From a virus (Duplodnaviria > Caudoviricetes), in the IMG/VR virus record IMGVR_UViG_3300025018_000471, positions 1-27,521 of that record: DNA of 27,521 bases; one strand, written 5' to 3'. The notes under the pieces are model-generated. The model searched no databases, had not been told where the DNA came from, and saw nothing but the letters and a program-made list of their open reading frames with translations. Positions 1-8,346 of the stretch are shown here, piece by piece. Each line of letters opens with the position of its first letter. Positions within the stretch are counted from its first letter, which is position 1. The translations under genes were made by a program, and so were the position numbers.

Positions 1-790
1 AAGCCAAAGAAGAATAATAACCAGTGCTCGCACTATTTTGATTTATTATAAAATTATCATAGCTACCAGTATTAACTGCTGAACCTAAAACTTCCAGCTT
101 CGCTCCAGGCCCCGTCGTCCCGATGCCTACCGAGCCAGCTGTGTAAGATATATTGCTTCCAGAGGTCGTCCATTGTGAGCTTACTTTGTTGTTAAAGGTG
201 GACCAATCAGTGTTCGAAAGGTAACCATTTGCCGTGCTGCTTGCCTTGGTAATACTGATATTATTAGTCGCCAAGACGAGTGGCGATGTGGCACTAGTTA
301 TCCGACTATCAGTTGTGCTGTAAAGATTGCCTAAAGTGTCGGCCATGATCAGCGTAGCGGTTGAGCTGGCCAGGGCGTTTATTTTGACCTGCCCGGCCGA
401 GCTGATGGATAAAGTATCGGTTCCACCGTTAACGAATTTAAAGGAATCATTCCCAGTCCACATCAGGCCAGTATTAGTGTCAGAGTTGAAAGAATAAGAC
501 GGAGCCGTTGAGGTTCCATTAGCGGCTCTTATTTGCCCGCCTACGACCATATCGCCTGATACTGTTCCACTTACCGCAATCGAGCCGATAGTCGCGTTAG
601 AGGCGTCTAAATTCGTGAACCAGCCCTTTTGAATGCGGCTTGTCGCACTGCCTAATTCCCAGCTGCTAACAACTGGCCGAATAGCGCCGCTTACGATCTT
701 CCAAAGGTTGGGAGCTGTCACCTGGGCCGAGGCTATACCTCCAATGCCTAGGGCGGCGATTATGATTGTAATTAAAAACAATTTTTTCAT
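1..790 (-). CDS. Secreted trimeric fibre/adhesin-like protein (3' end runs off the window)
   Basis: Not in the ORF track. Translated by hand from ATG at 790, open to base 1: MKKLFLITIIIAALGIGGIASA-QVTAP (signal peptide, A-x-A site), then GTSTAPSYSFNSDTNTGL, ASSTANGYLSNTDWSTFNNK and SQWTTSGSNISYTAGSVGIGTTGPGAKLEV, motifs typical of tail-fibre-like beta-rich trimers. Confidence 0.8.
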   Translation of the reverse strand, partial: MKKLFLITIIIAALGIGGIASAQVTAPNLWKIVSGAIRPVVSSWELGSATSRIQKGWFTNLDASNATIGSIAVSGTVSGDMVVGGQIRAANGTSTAPSYSFNSDTNTGLMWTGNDSFKFVNGGTDTLSISSAGQVKINALASSTATLIMADTLGNLYSTTDSRITSATSPLVLATNNISITKASSTANGYLSNTDWSTFNNKVSSQWTTSGSNISYTAGSVGIGTTGPGAKLEVLGSAVNTGSYDNFIINQNSASTGYYSSLA

Positions 791-794
791 ATGC

Positions 795-1586
795 TTAACT
801 TAGAGCCACAAAGCTGACGGCATCGCCAGCGCTTTCGGCATCAATAAATATGCTTGCTAAATTATTAATCTCGAGCTGATAGGTCGCACCCTGTAAAAGC
901 GGAACACCTATTCCACCTGCGGCTGAGACCGCGCTATCTCCTACCCATACTATCCCGGCGTTGTTAAACGAGGCGGAAATAGTAATCTTTTTGGTCTTGC
1001 TCGTAGCTTCTCCTAAGACAACTGCAGTTCCCGGAACATCAACCGCCACCTTGCCTGATTTAATAACCGTTGGGATAGGAGCTGAGCCACCACCACCGCC
1101 GCCAAAAACTTGAAATTCCTGCCGACCAATAGGCGCGCCTTTCTCATCTACATGAACCACATAAAGCGGAGTCTTTTTACTATTCTGCTTAATACTAATT
1201 CCTCCCTCCCAAAGTCCGCGGAATACCTCTGCAATAGAATCGGCCGCTTTAGTAATTAACTTGCTAAAAAATGGAGTATTATCTTTTGCTTCTTTATGAT
1301 TTATGAGTTCTACTTTCTGAATTTCTTTTTGTTCTGGGAAATTGGTAACCTTGACCGCCTCAGGGAAGTTCGAGACCTTGACCGCCTCAGGGAAGTTCGA
1401 GACCTTGACCTTGTCCGGTGCAGGCTCAAAGTTAGACATGTGAACCTCAGACGGCATCTGTGTAATGTAGTGTGGTTCTGGCCGTTTCTTCATCACTTCA
1501 ATCAATCCGTCAATCTTCTTGGCGAGTAGGTCAACCTGCTTATCTCTGATTAATTCTTTAAGTTGTGTAATTTGTTCCTTATTCAT
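795..1586 (-). CDS. Putative virion/fibre protein with VKVSNFPE repeats, poly-Gly hinge and C-terminal beta-sandwich-like domain
   Basis: 263 aa ORF starting 4 nt after the portal stop. Contains 9-aa repeats, a GGGGGG linker and a beta-strand-patterned C-terminal ~95 aa. Confidence 0.55.
   Translation of the reverse strand: MNKEQITQLKELIRDKQVDLLAKKIDGLIEVMKKRPEPHYITQMPSEVHMSNFEPAPDKVKVSNFPEAVKVSNFPEAVKVTNFPEQKEIQKVELINHKEAKDNTPFFSKLITKAADSIAEVFRGLWEGGISIKQNSKKTPLYVVHVDEKGAPIGRQEFQVFGGGGGGSAPIPTVIKSGKVAVDVPGTAVVLGEATSKTKKITISASFNNAGIVWVGDSAVSAAGGIGVPLLQGATYQLEINNLASIFIDAESAGDAVSFVALS
1348..1410. repeat. 27-bp in-frame tandem repeat (2.3 exact copies plus degenerate flanks)
   Basis: accttgaccgcctcagggaagttcgag at 1348-1374 and 1375-1401, then accttgacc at 1402-1410. 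Confidence 0.95.
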
Positions 1587-1590
1587 AAAG

Positions 1591-3030
1591 CTATGCTTTT
1601 AAAATTTCATCTGCCAAAGCTGAGAGGTCTTTAATATCAAAACTTTTCTTTGCCGGCGCCTGGTTGCGCTCATTGCGACTAGCAATTCTTTTTATTCTCT
1701 CAATCTCTTTGGTTGCTTGGTCCTCACTTAAAATGTTTGGCGTTCCATCGTCATTCATATCAATGCCAATATCATCAAGCGGCTTTACTCCCAAGCCATT
1801 CCAAATCAAAGGCTTATCGACAAATTCGCCATATGTCTTTGGATCAAAAATAGTAGCGCCACGCTTTTCTCTAGCTTCGTTAATCGTAATAATGCCATGC
1901 TCAACATCAGCTCGGCTCGATGCTTCATCCCAGGCCTGATCATTGAAAGTCTTGGAAACGAATTCTATTTTTATTCCTTGAACGCCTAAAATAGGCAAGA
2001 CTTCATTGTTAATGAATTCCGCCAATAAATCTTGAAGAGGTGAAATAGTTCCCTCCCAGAATTTCTGAGTCTGATTTTCGCCGTTAGAATAATTAACGCC
2101 GTCAGTGTAATTCAAGATAGCTTTCGGAACGCCAAAAGCCGCACAGATTTTCTCTGTGGTAAATTTGCGCAGCAGATTAAACTCCATGTCTTTTTGGGAG
2201 AGCTGCAAAACCTTGATTTCTTTAATGCCTTTGACCGCAATTGATTTGTTTCGATTCTCCGGCCCCTCGAGCTGGCGCTTAATGTCTTCTACAATCTTAT
2301 CCTGTGCTTCTTCGCTCAATCCCTCTTCTAGGATGTACTGAGCGCCAGGTGTGGCATCGTTAGTGAAGAATGCGTAGTTTGAAATCATGGCCGATAAGTC
2401 GGTACGGGTCTCCCAGATAATCGGCTCAAGAGGCGATAAACCAAACACCGGGCTGTTCGGGTCATCGTGTTGTTTAAAATTAAGGATTTCGTCAGGTTCG
2501 TATGACTGAGTCTTTCCTTTGACGCGCTGAATCCATTTAAAAATTGTTCCGTACTCGTCAGTCACAACCGATAAAGTTCTCGGGTCTATGACATCAAAGC
2601 CCAGCACGCGCCGACTGGAATCGCTGGAACGCAAAATCAGCAGGAAAGCACTCCCGCTGATTTGCTGAAATTGTACTATTTTATTTTTTAACGCTCTGAA
2701 AGTATGGCCGTAGTTTAAAACATCCTCAGCTCTCTTAACCATTACCGGGTCTGCATCCTTGTTTGAGTCCTTAGCATTAACCCAAAGATAGCCCTGGGAG
2801 CCGACATTTTCTTTTAATTCTCGAATACACGCAAAAACATCACCATGATTTCTGAATATGGTGAAGAACGAATCGGTTGAGATCTTAATCCCCATCATAC
2901 TGACTCCACCAAGCGGTTGCCTGATTTCGCCGTATAGGCCCTGGGAGAAAGAGCTGCCCGAACTTAAGATGTCGAAGGTCTTAGCCGCTAGCCATTTTCG
3001 CAAACTAAAACGCACTTGAGTTTTTGCCAT
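1591..3030 (-). CDS. Phage portal protein (HK97-like family)
   Basis: 479 aa directly after TerL. Motifs FGLSPLE, FFTNDATPG, LSQKDMEF, ICAAFGVP, NYSN and GIITINEARE. Confidence 0.93.
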   Translation of the reverse strand: MAKTQVRFSLRKWLAAKTFDILSSGSSFSQGLYGEIRQPLGGVSMMGIKISTDSFFTIFRNHGDVFACIRELKENVGSQGYLWVNAKDSNKDADPVMVKRAEDVLNYGHTFRALKNKIVQFQQISGSAFLLILRSSDSSRRVLGFDVIDPRTLSVVTDEYGTIFKWIQRVKGKTQSYEPDEILNFKQHDDPNSPVFGLSPLEPIIWETRTDLSAMISNYAFFTNDATPGAQYILEEGLSEEAQDKIVEDIKRQLEGPENRNKSIAVKGIKEIKVLQLSQKDMEFNLLRKFTTEKICAAFGVPKAILNYTDGVNYSNGENQTQKFWEGTISPLQDLLAEFINNEVLPILGVQGIKIEFVSKTFNDQAWDEASSRADVEHGIITINEAREKRGATIFDPKTYGEFVDKPLIWNGLGVKPLDDIGIDMNDDGTPNILSEDQATKEIERIKRIASRNERNQAPAKKSFDIKDLSALADEILKA

Positions 3031-4610
3031 TAGTTTAAGCCGTAGACACCAAAAGATGTCCTCGGCATTCTGGCGACTCTAAGTGCGATCGCGAATGCTA
3101 AAATTGTATCATCATGCTTACCCTGTTTGGCTTCACGCCTCCCAGCTTCGTCAGTGACGAAAGTAAGCATTTCTGATTTCAGTATAGCACTATAAATTTT
3201 CACTGACAAGTCGGCAACAACCTGTTCAAAAGTATCAAGCACAAGGTCTCTATTTCCACCCGGTCCGCCGGTAGTAAGCCAACCCATTTTCTTAGTTCTT
3301 CTGTTTGTCTTTTCATCAGTAACGACCATACAAAACACATTCGGATACAAATCTTTGAGCCGATCTAAAACAGTATGGCCGTGGTTATTTCTTTCTATCA
3401 CTGCGAGCGCTTTATTGTAGTATCTAGCCAAGTTATCCACAGCCACTGCGAATTGCGCTGGCTTTAATTTATCACTTACTAATTCTGCGACTTGCTCCTG
3501 AGTTAAAGTATCGATAAGTTCAATTGCACTACGGTCTCCGCCTATGCCCTCTGACGGATCTCCTCCCAAAACATAGCGGCGCACTGGCTTAGGCTCAACA
3601 TAAATATCGGCGTAGAATGTCTCGGTAATAATCTTGCCGTCCTCTCCTCTCGTTTCCACCTTGATTGGCCGGCGAGCGATAGGCGCGCGCGGAACCATCT
3701 TCTGCATTGCCTCACTATCAAAGACCATTCCAGCTGCAGTCAAGAAACTGTCCTCGCTCACAGTCGGGTTTTCCTGGTCCATTAAGCGCTTCAGTTTCTT
3801 TTTATTTAGTTCCCACCAGAAAAGCTGCCCTGGGAGTAATTTAACGCCATAGCGAGCCTTTACAAGGCTAGCCTTATGCAATACCTCTTGGCCCGGCTGA
3901 TAGTCGCTGGGAGGTTCTATGTAATTTAACTTCTTCTTCCACCAACCGAAAAAGAACGGCTTATACGCTCCATTTCCTGCTTCACATTCGTGGAATGTTT
4001 CTTCAAACCAATCACCTACGCCGTTAGCTGTAGACTCAATAGAGACGTTACAGCGACCGTTTGACGAGACGGCGGCAATTGTCGGAATAAGCCTAGTATC
4101 AACATCCTTGATGTGAGCGGCTTCAGAGACATGCAGGTTCGTGGGAGTATCACCTCTGTTTTCCAGGGCAATATAGACAGTTGAGTTAATGTCGGTAAAA
4201 GTCAGCTCATTAACATTGTCATAGCTTGCTTCCGGGCGATGCCAGACTTTGCCGCTTTCTAGTTTCACTGATTTAGGACAATGTAAATAAGCCAGCTTAA
4301 CTATTTTAAAAAGTTTTCTAAGATCCTTTTCTTTGTGGGCTAAGATGACGGTCGTGGTATTGGGAGTCCAGAGCGTATCGTCTAAATAATAAATAAGCCA
4401 CCAAGTAGAGACACCCTCTTTGCGCGCCTTATCTACGATGATTTCAATTCCTCGATGCCCTTTGCTCTCACAATACGCCCAGAGTTCTTCCTGGACATCA
4501 TTGAATTTTAAATTTGTCAGCCTGGCATCTTCGGTCTTGATCTTGTAGAGATGCTCCATTCGCCATCTCCGATTTAGGATCGTATCCAGGTCTCTTTGGG
4601 TGACCTGCAT
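3030..4610 (-). CDS. terL: Terminase large subunit
   Basis: Walker A KARKEGVS, Walker B LHVSEAAH, motif III ESTANG, RNase H-like nuclease GGDPSEG..GDRS, IERNNHG and HDDTILA. Confidence 0.95.
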   Translation of the reverse strand: MQVTQRDLDTILNRRWRMEHLYKIKTEDARLTNLKFNDVQEELWAYCESKGHRGIEIIVDKARKEGVSTWWLIYYLDDTLWTPNTTTVILAHKEKDLRKLFKIVKLAYLHCPKSVKLESGKVWHRPEASYDNVNELTFTDINSTVYIALENRGDTPTNLHVSEAAHIKDVDTRLIPTIAAVSSNGRCNVSIESTANGVGDWFEETFHECEAGNGAYKPFFFGWWKKKLNYIEPPSDYQPGQEVLHKASLVKARYGVKLLPGQLFWWELNKKKLKRLMDQENPTVSEDSFLTAAGMVFDSEAMQKMVPRAPIARRPIKVETRGEDGKIITETFYADIYVEPKPVRRYVLGGDPSEGIGGDRSAIELIDTLTQEQVAELVSDKLKPAQFAVAVDNLARYYNKALAVIERNNHGHTVLDRLKDLYPNVFCMVVTDEKTNRRTKKMGWLTTGGPGGNRDLVLDTFEQVVADLSVKIYSAILKSEMLTFVTDEAGRREAKQGKHDDTILAFAIALRVARMPRTSFGVYGLN

Positions 4611-4613
4611 TTT

Positions 4614-4838
4614 CTATTTTTTTTCTATTTTGTAATTATCCTGCAAATACATCAGATTAGTAATAATCCCTTTAATTAATCTGTCTGTTTCTTCTAAGCT
4701 CGAGTCATTAATTTTTTCGTGAAGCATTTCTAAATTCAAACTTAGAATTGTGGCTAAGGTCCCGAAGTAGTCCTGACTCTTAACGTGGAATTCTATGTTA
4801 TCTTTTTTAAATTCTGCTGGCTTGTCATTTGTTTGCAT
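4614..4838 (-). CDS. Small hypothetical protein (74 aa, MQTNDKPAEF...) between terS and terL
   Basis: The ATG at 4838 removes the overlap with terS and fills the gap with 3-4 nt spacing on each side. Confidence 0.65.
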   Translation of the reverse strand: MQTNDKPAEFKKDNIEFHVKSQDYFGTLATILSLNLEMLHEKINDSSLEETDRLIKGIITNLMYLQDNYKIEKK

Positions 4839-4842
4839 AAAT

Positions 4843-5406
4843 TTATTTCTTATTTTTATTAATACTTTTTTTCTTCTTATCAAGCACTTGGATATCACCA
4901 CGGTCAAGCGCTTCGAGGTCTTCAATCGAGAGCGGAGCTTCAACTGGAGCATCTATTTTCATGTCGGCAAATTCAGCCTTACGCTTCCGGATTAAATACT
5001 GCCAGGAATCACCCACGCTCTTCTTGTGCAGCGCTTCTATGATGTTACCGCGGGCCTTTAAAATCGGTACTTCTTTCCAGGCTTCTTTCTGCTCCGAAAA
5101 TTCAGGGTGTTTCTGACAATAATCATAAAGCGTTTGCAGTCCTATCTCCGCATAAATACAGGCTTCTCGGTCAGGACAGCCTATCCGGAAAGCATCCTCT
5201 AGATTCCGTATCACCTGCTTAGTCATTACCGTTGGTCTTCCTAGGCCTGATGTGGTCTTAAAATTATCGCGCGGAATAAACTTCTCTTGGTTAGGATCAT
5301 CCTCATCAAACGGTTCTTCCGGTCGCCAATCAGATAAGGCCTTTAAAGTATCTTTTCTCTTTTTTTTATCCTTTGCGATTTGGTCGGATTTTTTAGTTCT
5401 TGCCAT
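4843..5406 (-). CDS. terS: Terminase small subunit (HTH type)
   Basis: GRPTVMT...LEDAFRIGCPDREACIYAEIGLQTLYDY...HPEFSE is a typical TerS HTH. Lies upstream of terL. Confidence 0.85.
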   Translation of the reverse strand: MARTKKSDQIAKDKKKRKDTLKALSDWRPEEPFDEDDPNQEKFIPRDNFKTTSGLGRPTVMTKQVIRNLEDAFRIGCPDREACIYAEIGLQTLYDYCQKHPEFSEQKEAWKEVPILKARGNIIEALHKKSVGDSWQYLIRKRKAEFADMKIDAPVEAPLSIEDLEALDRGDIQVLDKKKKSINKNKK

Positions 5407-5410
5407 ACGA

Positions 5411-5566
5411 TTAAAGCGATATTATCCATCTTAAAAACCACCGCCAAATAGGCCGAGGAATCCACCAAGGCTTTTTACTTAGCATGTGATCGTAAAATGT
5501 ACGGACAGTGTCGGTCAGATTTCTCTTAGCGACCTGTCTGATTTTTTTAGCTGTTTTTAAATTCAT
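5411..5566 (-). CDS. 51-aa cationic peptide with a Trp/Pro/Arg-rich C-terminus
   Basis: Hand translation: MNLKTAKKIRQVAKRNLTDTVRTFYDHMLSKKPWWIPRPIWRWFLRWIISL. ATATG start context; fills the gap before terS. Confidence 0.7.
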   Translation of the reverse strand: MNLKTAKKIRQVAKRNLTDTVRTFYDHMLSKKPWWIPRPIWRWFLRWIISL

Positions 5567-5573
5567 ATATTTT

Positions 5574-5689
5574 TTATTCCCCTATCAGGATGTCTGATTG
5601 CGATCACGCGGTTAGCAATCAGAGGCTTTAAACCTAACCAGGTGAAATTCACCCGCCGCAATACCATTAACACCCTGACAGGGGAACAA
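5574..5689 (-). ncRNA. Candidate structured intergenic RNA (20-bp closing stem, multibranch)
   Basis: 5670-5689 pairs with 5574-5593 over 20 bp, with three G-U pairs that work only on the minus strand. Internal hairpins GGUGAA/UUCACC and CUGAUUGC/GCAAUCAG. Confidence 0.6.
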
Positions 5690-5695
5690 TTATTA

Positions 5696-7057
5696 TTAAA
5701 GCTTAACTGCTTTTTTCCCTGTCTGTTTTTCCCACCGGTCAATAATCACATCAACAAACTTCGGATCTAATTCGCAGCCATAACACATCCGCTTTAATTT
5801 CTCGGCCGCAATTAAAGTAGATCCACTGCCAAGAAATAAATCTAAAACTATACGGCCCTCGGTAGAGCTGTTCTTTATGGCTTCAGCGCAGAGCTCAATC
5901 GGTTTCATTGTCGGATGCTCGTCGCTTTTAACCGGCTTATTATATCGCCAGATGTCAGTCTTCTGTTTTCCGCGTTTAATCTGACCCTCAACTTTACCTT
6001 TCAGTCTCAATTCAAAGCCCTGAAATTTTAGGATAGTGTTTTCGCCGTTATATTCTGATTTTACTTTCATGATGTCTTCCCAAACATTGCCGTTATCACG
6101 CAGCTCAATGAAGTAGTGGTTAGAGATCTTCTTTGGCCAGCCGTAAAGAATTGGCTCATAGGTATGCTGATAATCTGAGCGGCTTAAAGTAAAGGTATTT
6201 TTAACCCAAATAATAAAGCTCTGCCAGTGACCGCCGGCTTCTTCAAAGGCTAGTTTTAAAGTATGCAGTTCGCTCGAGCTCATGCAGATATAAATTCCGC
6301 CAGTACAAAAATCAATCATATTGCGACAGGCGGAAAGCAGAAAAGCGTAAAAGTTTGAGGCACTCATTTTGTCGTTAAGTATTCCCTGCCTAGCATTCTT
6401 TTCGTGAGTTCCCATTCCCCCGGTATAGTCAACATTATAGGGTGGGTCAGTAAATACCATATCGGCTTTCTGTCCGTCCATTAATCTTTCAATAGTGGCT
6501 CTATCCGTAGAATCGCCACAGATAACTCGATGTCGGCCGAGCTGATAAATATCGCCCAGCTTAGCCACCGGCTCGCCTACTGGCTCCAGTGGCTCCTCAT
6601 TTAAATCTATCTCCTGGCAAGCAATATCTTCTAAACGAGGCAAAGCAACAAAGGTGCTAAGATCTAAAGCATTAAGTCGATTATTAGAGACGAAGTATTC
6701 TAAACGCTCTTTTGTTACTTCGCCGTATTGAGCGACACAGGTTAAAAGAATTTCTTTCGCTTTAGTTTCGTTTTCAACATCTATCTCAACATAAGGAATT
6801 TTTGGCAGCGTATAGCCGTCAAAGGCGAGCGATTCAAGCGCGACTTTTCTTTGATGTCCATCAAGAATCTTCATGCGCCAAGTTATAATCGGCTTAGTAA
6901 ATCCATTTCTGACAATACTAGTTTTTAGTTTGCTTAGATTCTTCTCACTAATTTCTTTTAATTCATCATTAAAAATAATAAAGTCAGAGATTGGTGCTGC
7001 CTGGCAGTCCATCACCTTATTTAAAATCGCCTTGAATTTTTGTTCAGAATTTACCAT
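5696..7057 (-). CDS. ParB-like N-terminal domain fused to a beta-class N6-A/N4-C DNA methyltransferase
   Basis: N-terminal GFTKPII...ILDGHQR (ParB/Srx). DPPY precedes the SAM motif DLFLGSGST; also HPTMKP. Confidence 0.92.
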   Translation of the reverse strand: MVNSEQKFKAILNKVMDCQAAPISDFIIFNDELKEISEKNLSKLKTSIVRNGFTKPIITWRMKILDGHQRKVALESLAFDGYTLPKIPYVEIDVENETKAKEILLTCVAQYGEVTKERLEYFVSNNRLNALDLSTFVALPRLEDIACQEIDLNEEPLEPVGEPVAKLGDIYQLGRHRVICGDSTDRATIERLMDGQKADMVFTDPPYNVDYTGGMGTHEKNARQGILNDKMSASNFYAFLLSACRNMIDFCTGGIYICMSSSELHTLKLAFEEAGGHWQSFIIWVKNTFTLSRSDYQHTYEPILYGWPKKISNHYFIELRDNGNVWEDIMKVKSEYNGENTILKFQGFELRLKGKVEGQIKRGKQKTDIWRYNKPVKSDEHPTMKPIELCAEAIKNSSTEGRIVLDLFLGSGSTLIAAEKLKRMCYGCELDPKFVDVIIDRWEKQTGKKAVKL

Positions 7058-7488
7058 CTTCCCCTGTAATTATTATTTTTAATGTCGTAGTCTCTATGAC
7101 ATGAAGTACAAAGTTGAATATAATCATCAAGATTTCTTCTGTACTTATGATCAATATTAGCCCATTCTATTTTTCCAGTATTTGCACCACAATGACTACA
7201 CTTATTGGCTTTACCTTTATTTTTTATAACCCATAGATGAATTGCGCGATATCCTACATTTTCTTTCCATAGATGACTTTTTTCATTCGATAACTCTGGT
7301 TTTTTTCTTCTAACAATTTCTAATCGAAGACATCCACATGAATGAGTTATTTTTCCTATCTTACTGCCTCTTATTATTTTTTCGTTGCCACAATCACAGC
7401 GACAAAGATAATAAGCATCCCTTTTTTTATTATAGTGATCAAAATTAAGGATAGTTAATCTGCTTATTTTTTGTCCTTTATTTAACAT
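7051..7488 (-). CDS. HNH homing-endonuclease-like protein with N-terminal Cys-rich domain
   Basis: LCRCDCGN...SCGC domain, then CSHC...EWANIDH...LCTSCH. Likely start MLNKGQ at 7488; overlaps both neighbours. Confidence 0.8.
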   Translation of the reverse strand: MLNKGQKISRLTILNFDHYNKKRDAYYLCRCDCGNEKIIRGSKIGKITHSCGCLRLEIVRRKKPELSNEKSHLWKENVGYRAIHLWVIKNKGKANKCSHCGANTGKIEWANIDHKYRRNLDDYIQLCTSCHRDYDIKNNNYRGRW

Positions 7489-7903
7489 ATGCATCAATGA
7501 TATTTTTTGCCTCATCGAATCCACGACAAACAACAGCAACAACACCAAACACCTTATTTAGGGCGTTTATCCAATCTGCTTGTTCTGGACTAACTTTCCC
7601 ATTTTTTACGCGCTTCATCTCAATAAATAACAAGATATTGTTTCGCGGACCGGCCATCTCGGTTGGTTTCCGCTCGATCATGACAATATAATCCGGAACG
7701 CCCTTATTAACTCCAATAGCTTTTGTCCGATGTATAGTCTTCCAATTAGGAGTCCTGACTCCAGAGCGATAGCTAACCATTGGCGTTTCTTGAGCTATAT
7801 GACTGAATCTAAGGCCCTTTAAACGAAGATACTGGGCTAGCGCCATGCATTCGTTATCTTCGCTTGGAATGGCTGGTTTAAGGTCTGTTTTATATATTGG
7901 CAT
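7478..7903 (-). CDS. VRR-NUC (PD-(D/E)xK) nuclease / Holliday junction resolvase
   Basis: SEDNE, GVNKGVPDY, FIEMKR and SPEQADW motifs. Confidence 0.88.
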   Translation of the reverse strand: MPIYKTDLKPAIPSEDNECMALAQYLRLKGLRFSHIAQETPMVSYRSGVRTPNWKTIHRTKAIGVNKGVPDYIVMIERKPTEMAGPRNNILLFIEMKRVKNGKVSPEQADWINALNKVFGVVAVVCRGFDEAKNIIDAYVK

Positions 7904-7932
7904 ATTGATGCTGAAGAAAAGTTAAAGTTATT

Positions 7933-8346
7933 CTAAAATGGGATATTTTCCACGCGGATTTCTTCCTCTTCATTCTGTTCCGCTTGCTGAGGTTTGTTTT
8001 GTGCTGGCGTATCTCCTGAAGATTTTGCCGATTCCAAAAATTCAAACTCCCGGACAACTATCTCTGAGATGTAGCGCTTAACTCCATCCTGGCCATCGTA
8101 GGAACGGTTATTAATCTCCCCCTCAACATAGAGCTTACTTCCTTTGCGAGCGTACTGAGCGATGATTTCGGCCGCCTTACCCCAAATCACAAGATTGTGA
8201 TAGGTGGCTATTTTATTCTTATTTCCTGCCTGGTCCGTAATAGTCTTGTTAGTTGCCAGGCTTACTGAGCCAACTATCTTTCCTCCCGGTGTGTTTCTTA
8301 GTTCGACATCCTTAGTCAGGTTGCCAATTAATTGTGCTTTGTTCAT
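7933..8346 (-). CDS. ssb: Single-stranded DNA-binding protein
   Basis: MNKAQLIGNLTKDVELR...KGSKLYVEG, with acidic tail EEEEIRVENIPF. True start at 8346. Confidence 0.96.
   Translation of the reverse strand: MNKAQLIGNLTKDVELRNTPGGKIVGSVSLATNKTITDQAGNKNKIATYHNLVIWGKAAEIIAQYARKGSKLYVEGEINNRSYDGQDGVKRYISEIVVREFEFLESAKSSGDTPAQNKPQQAEQNEEEEIRVENIPF

Noticed and set aside
1348-1410. Direct repeats as a possible CRISPR array
   Set aside because: Copies are contiguous with no spacers and are in frame within a gene.
5593-5670. Twister-like (GGUUUAAAGCC) and pistol-like (CUAACC-GCG-UGAUC) fragments in the structured RNA
   Set aside because: I could not build the required stems and pseudoknots of either ribozyme. 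Left as an unassigned RNA pending an Infernal search.
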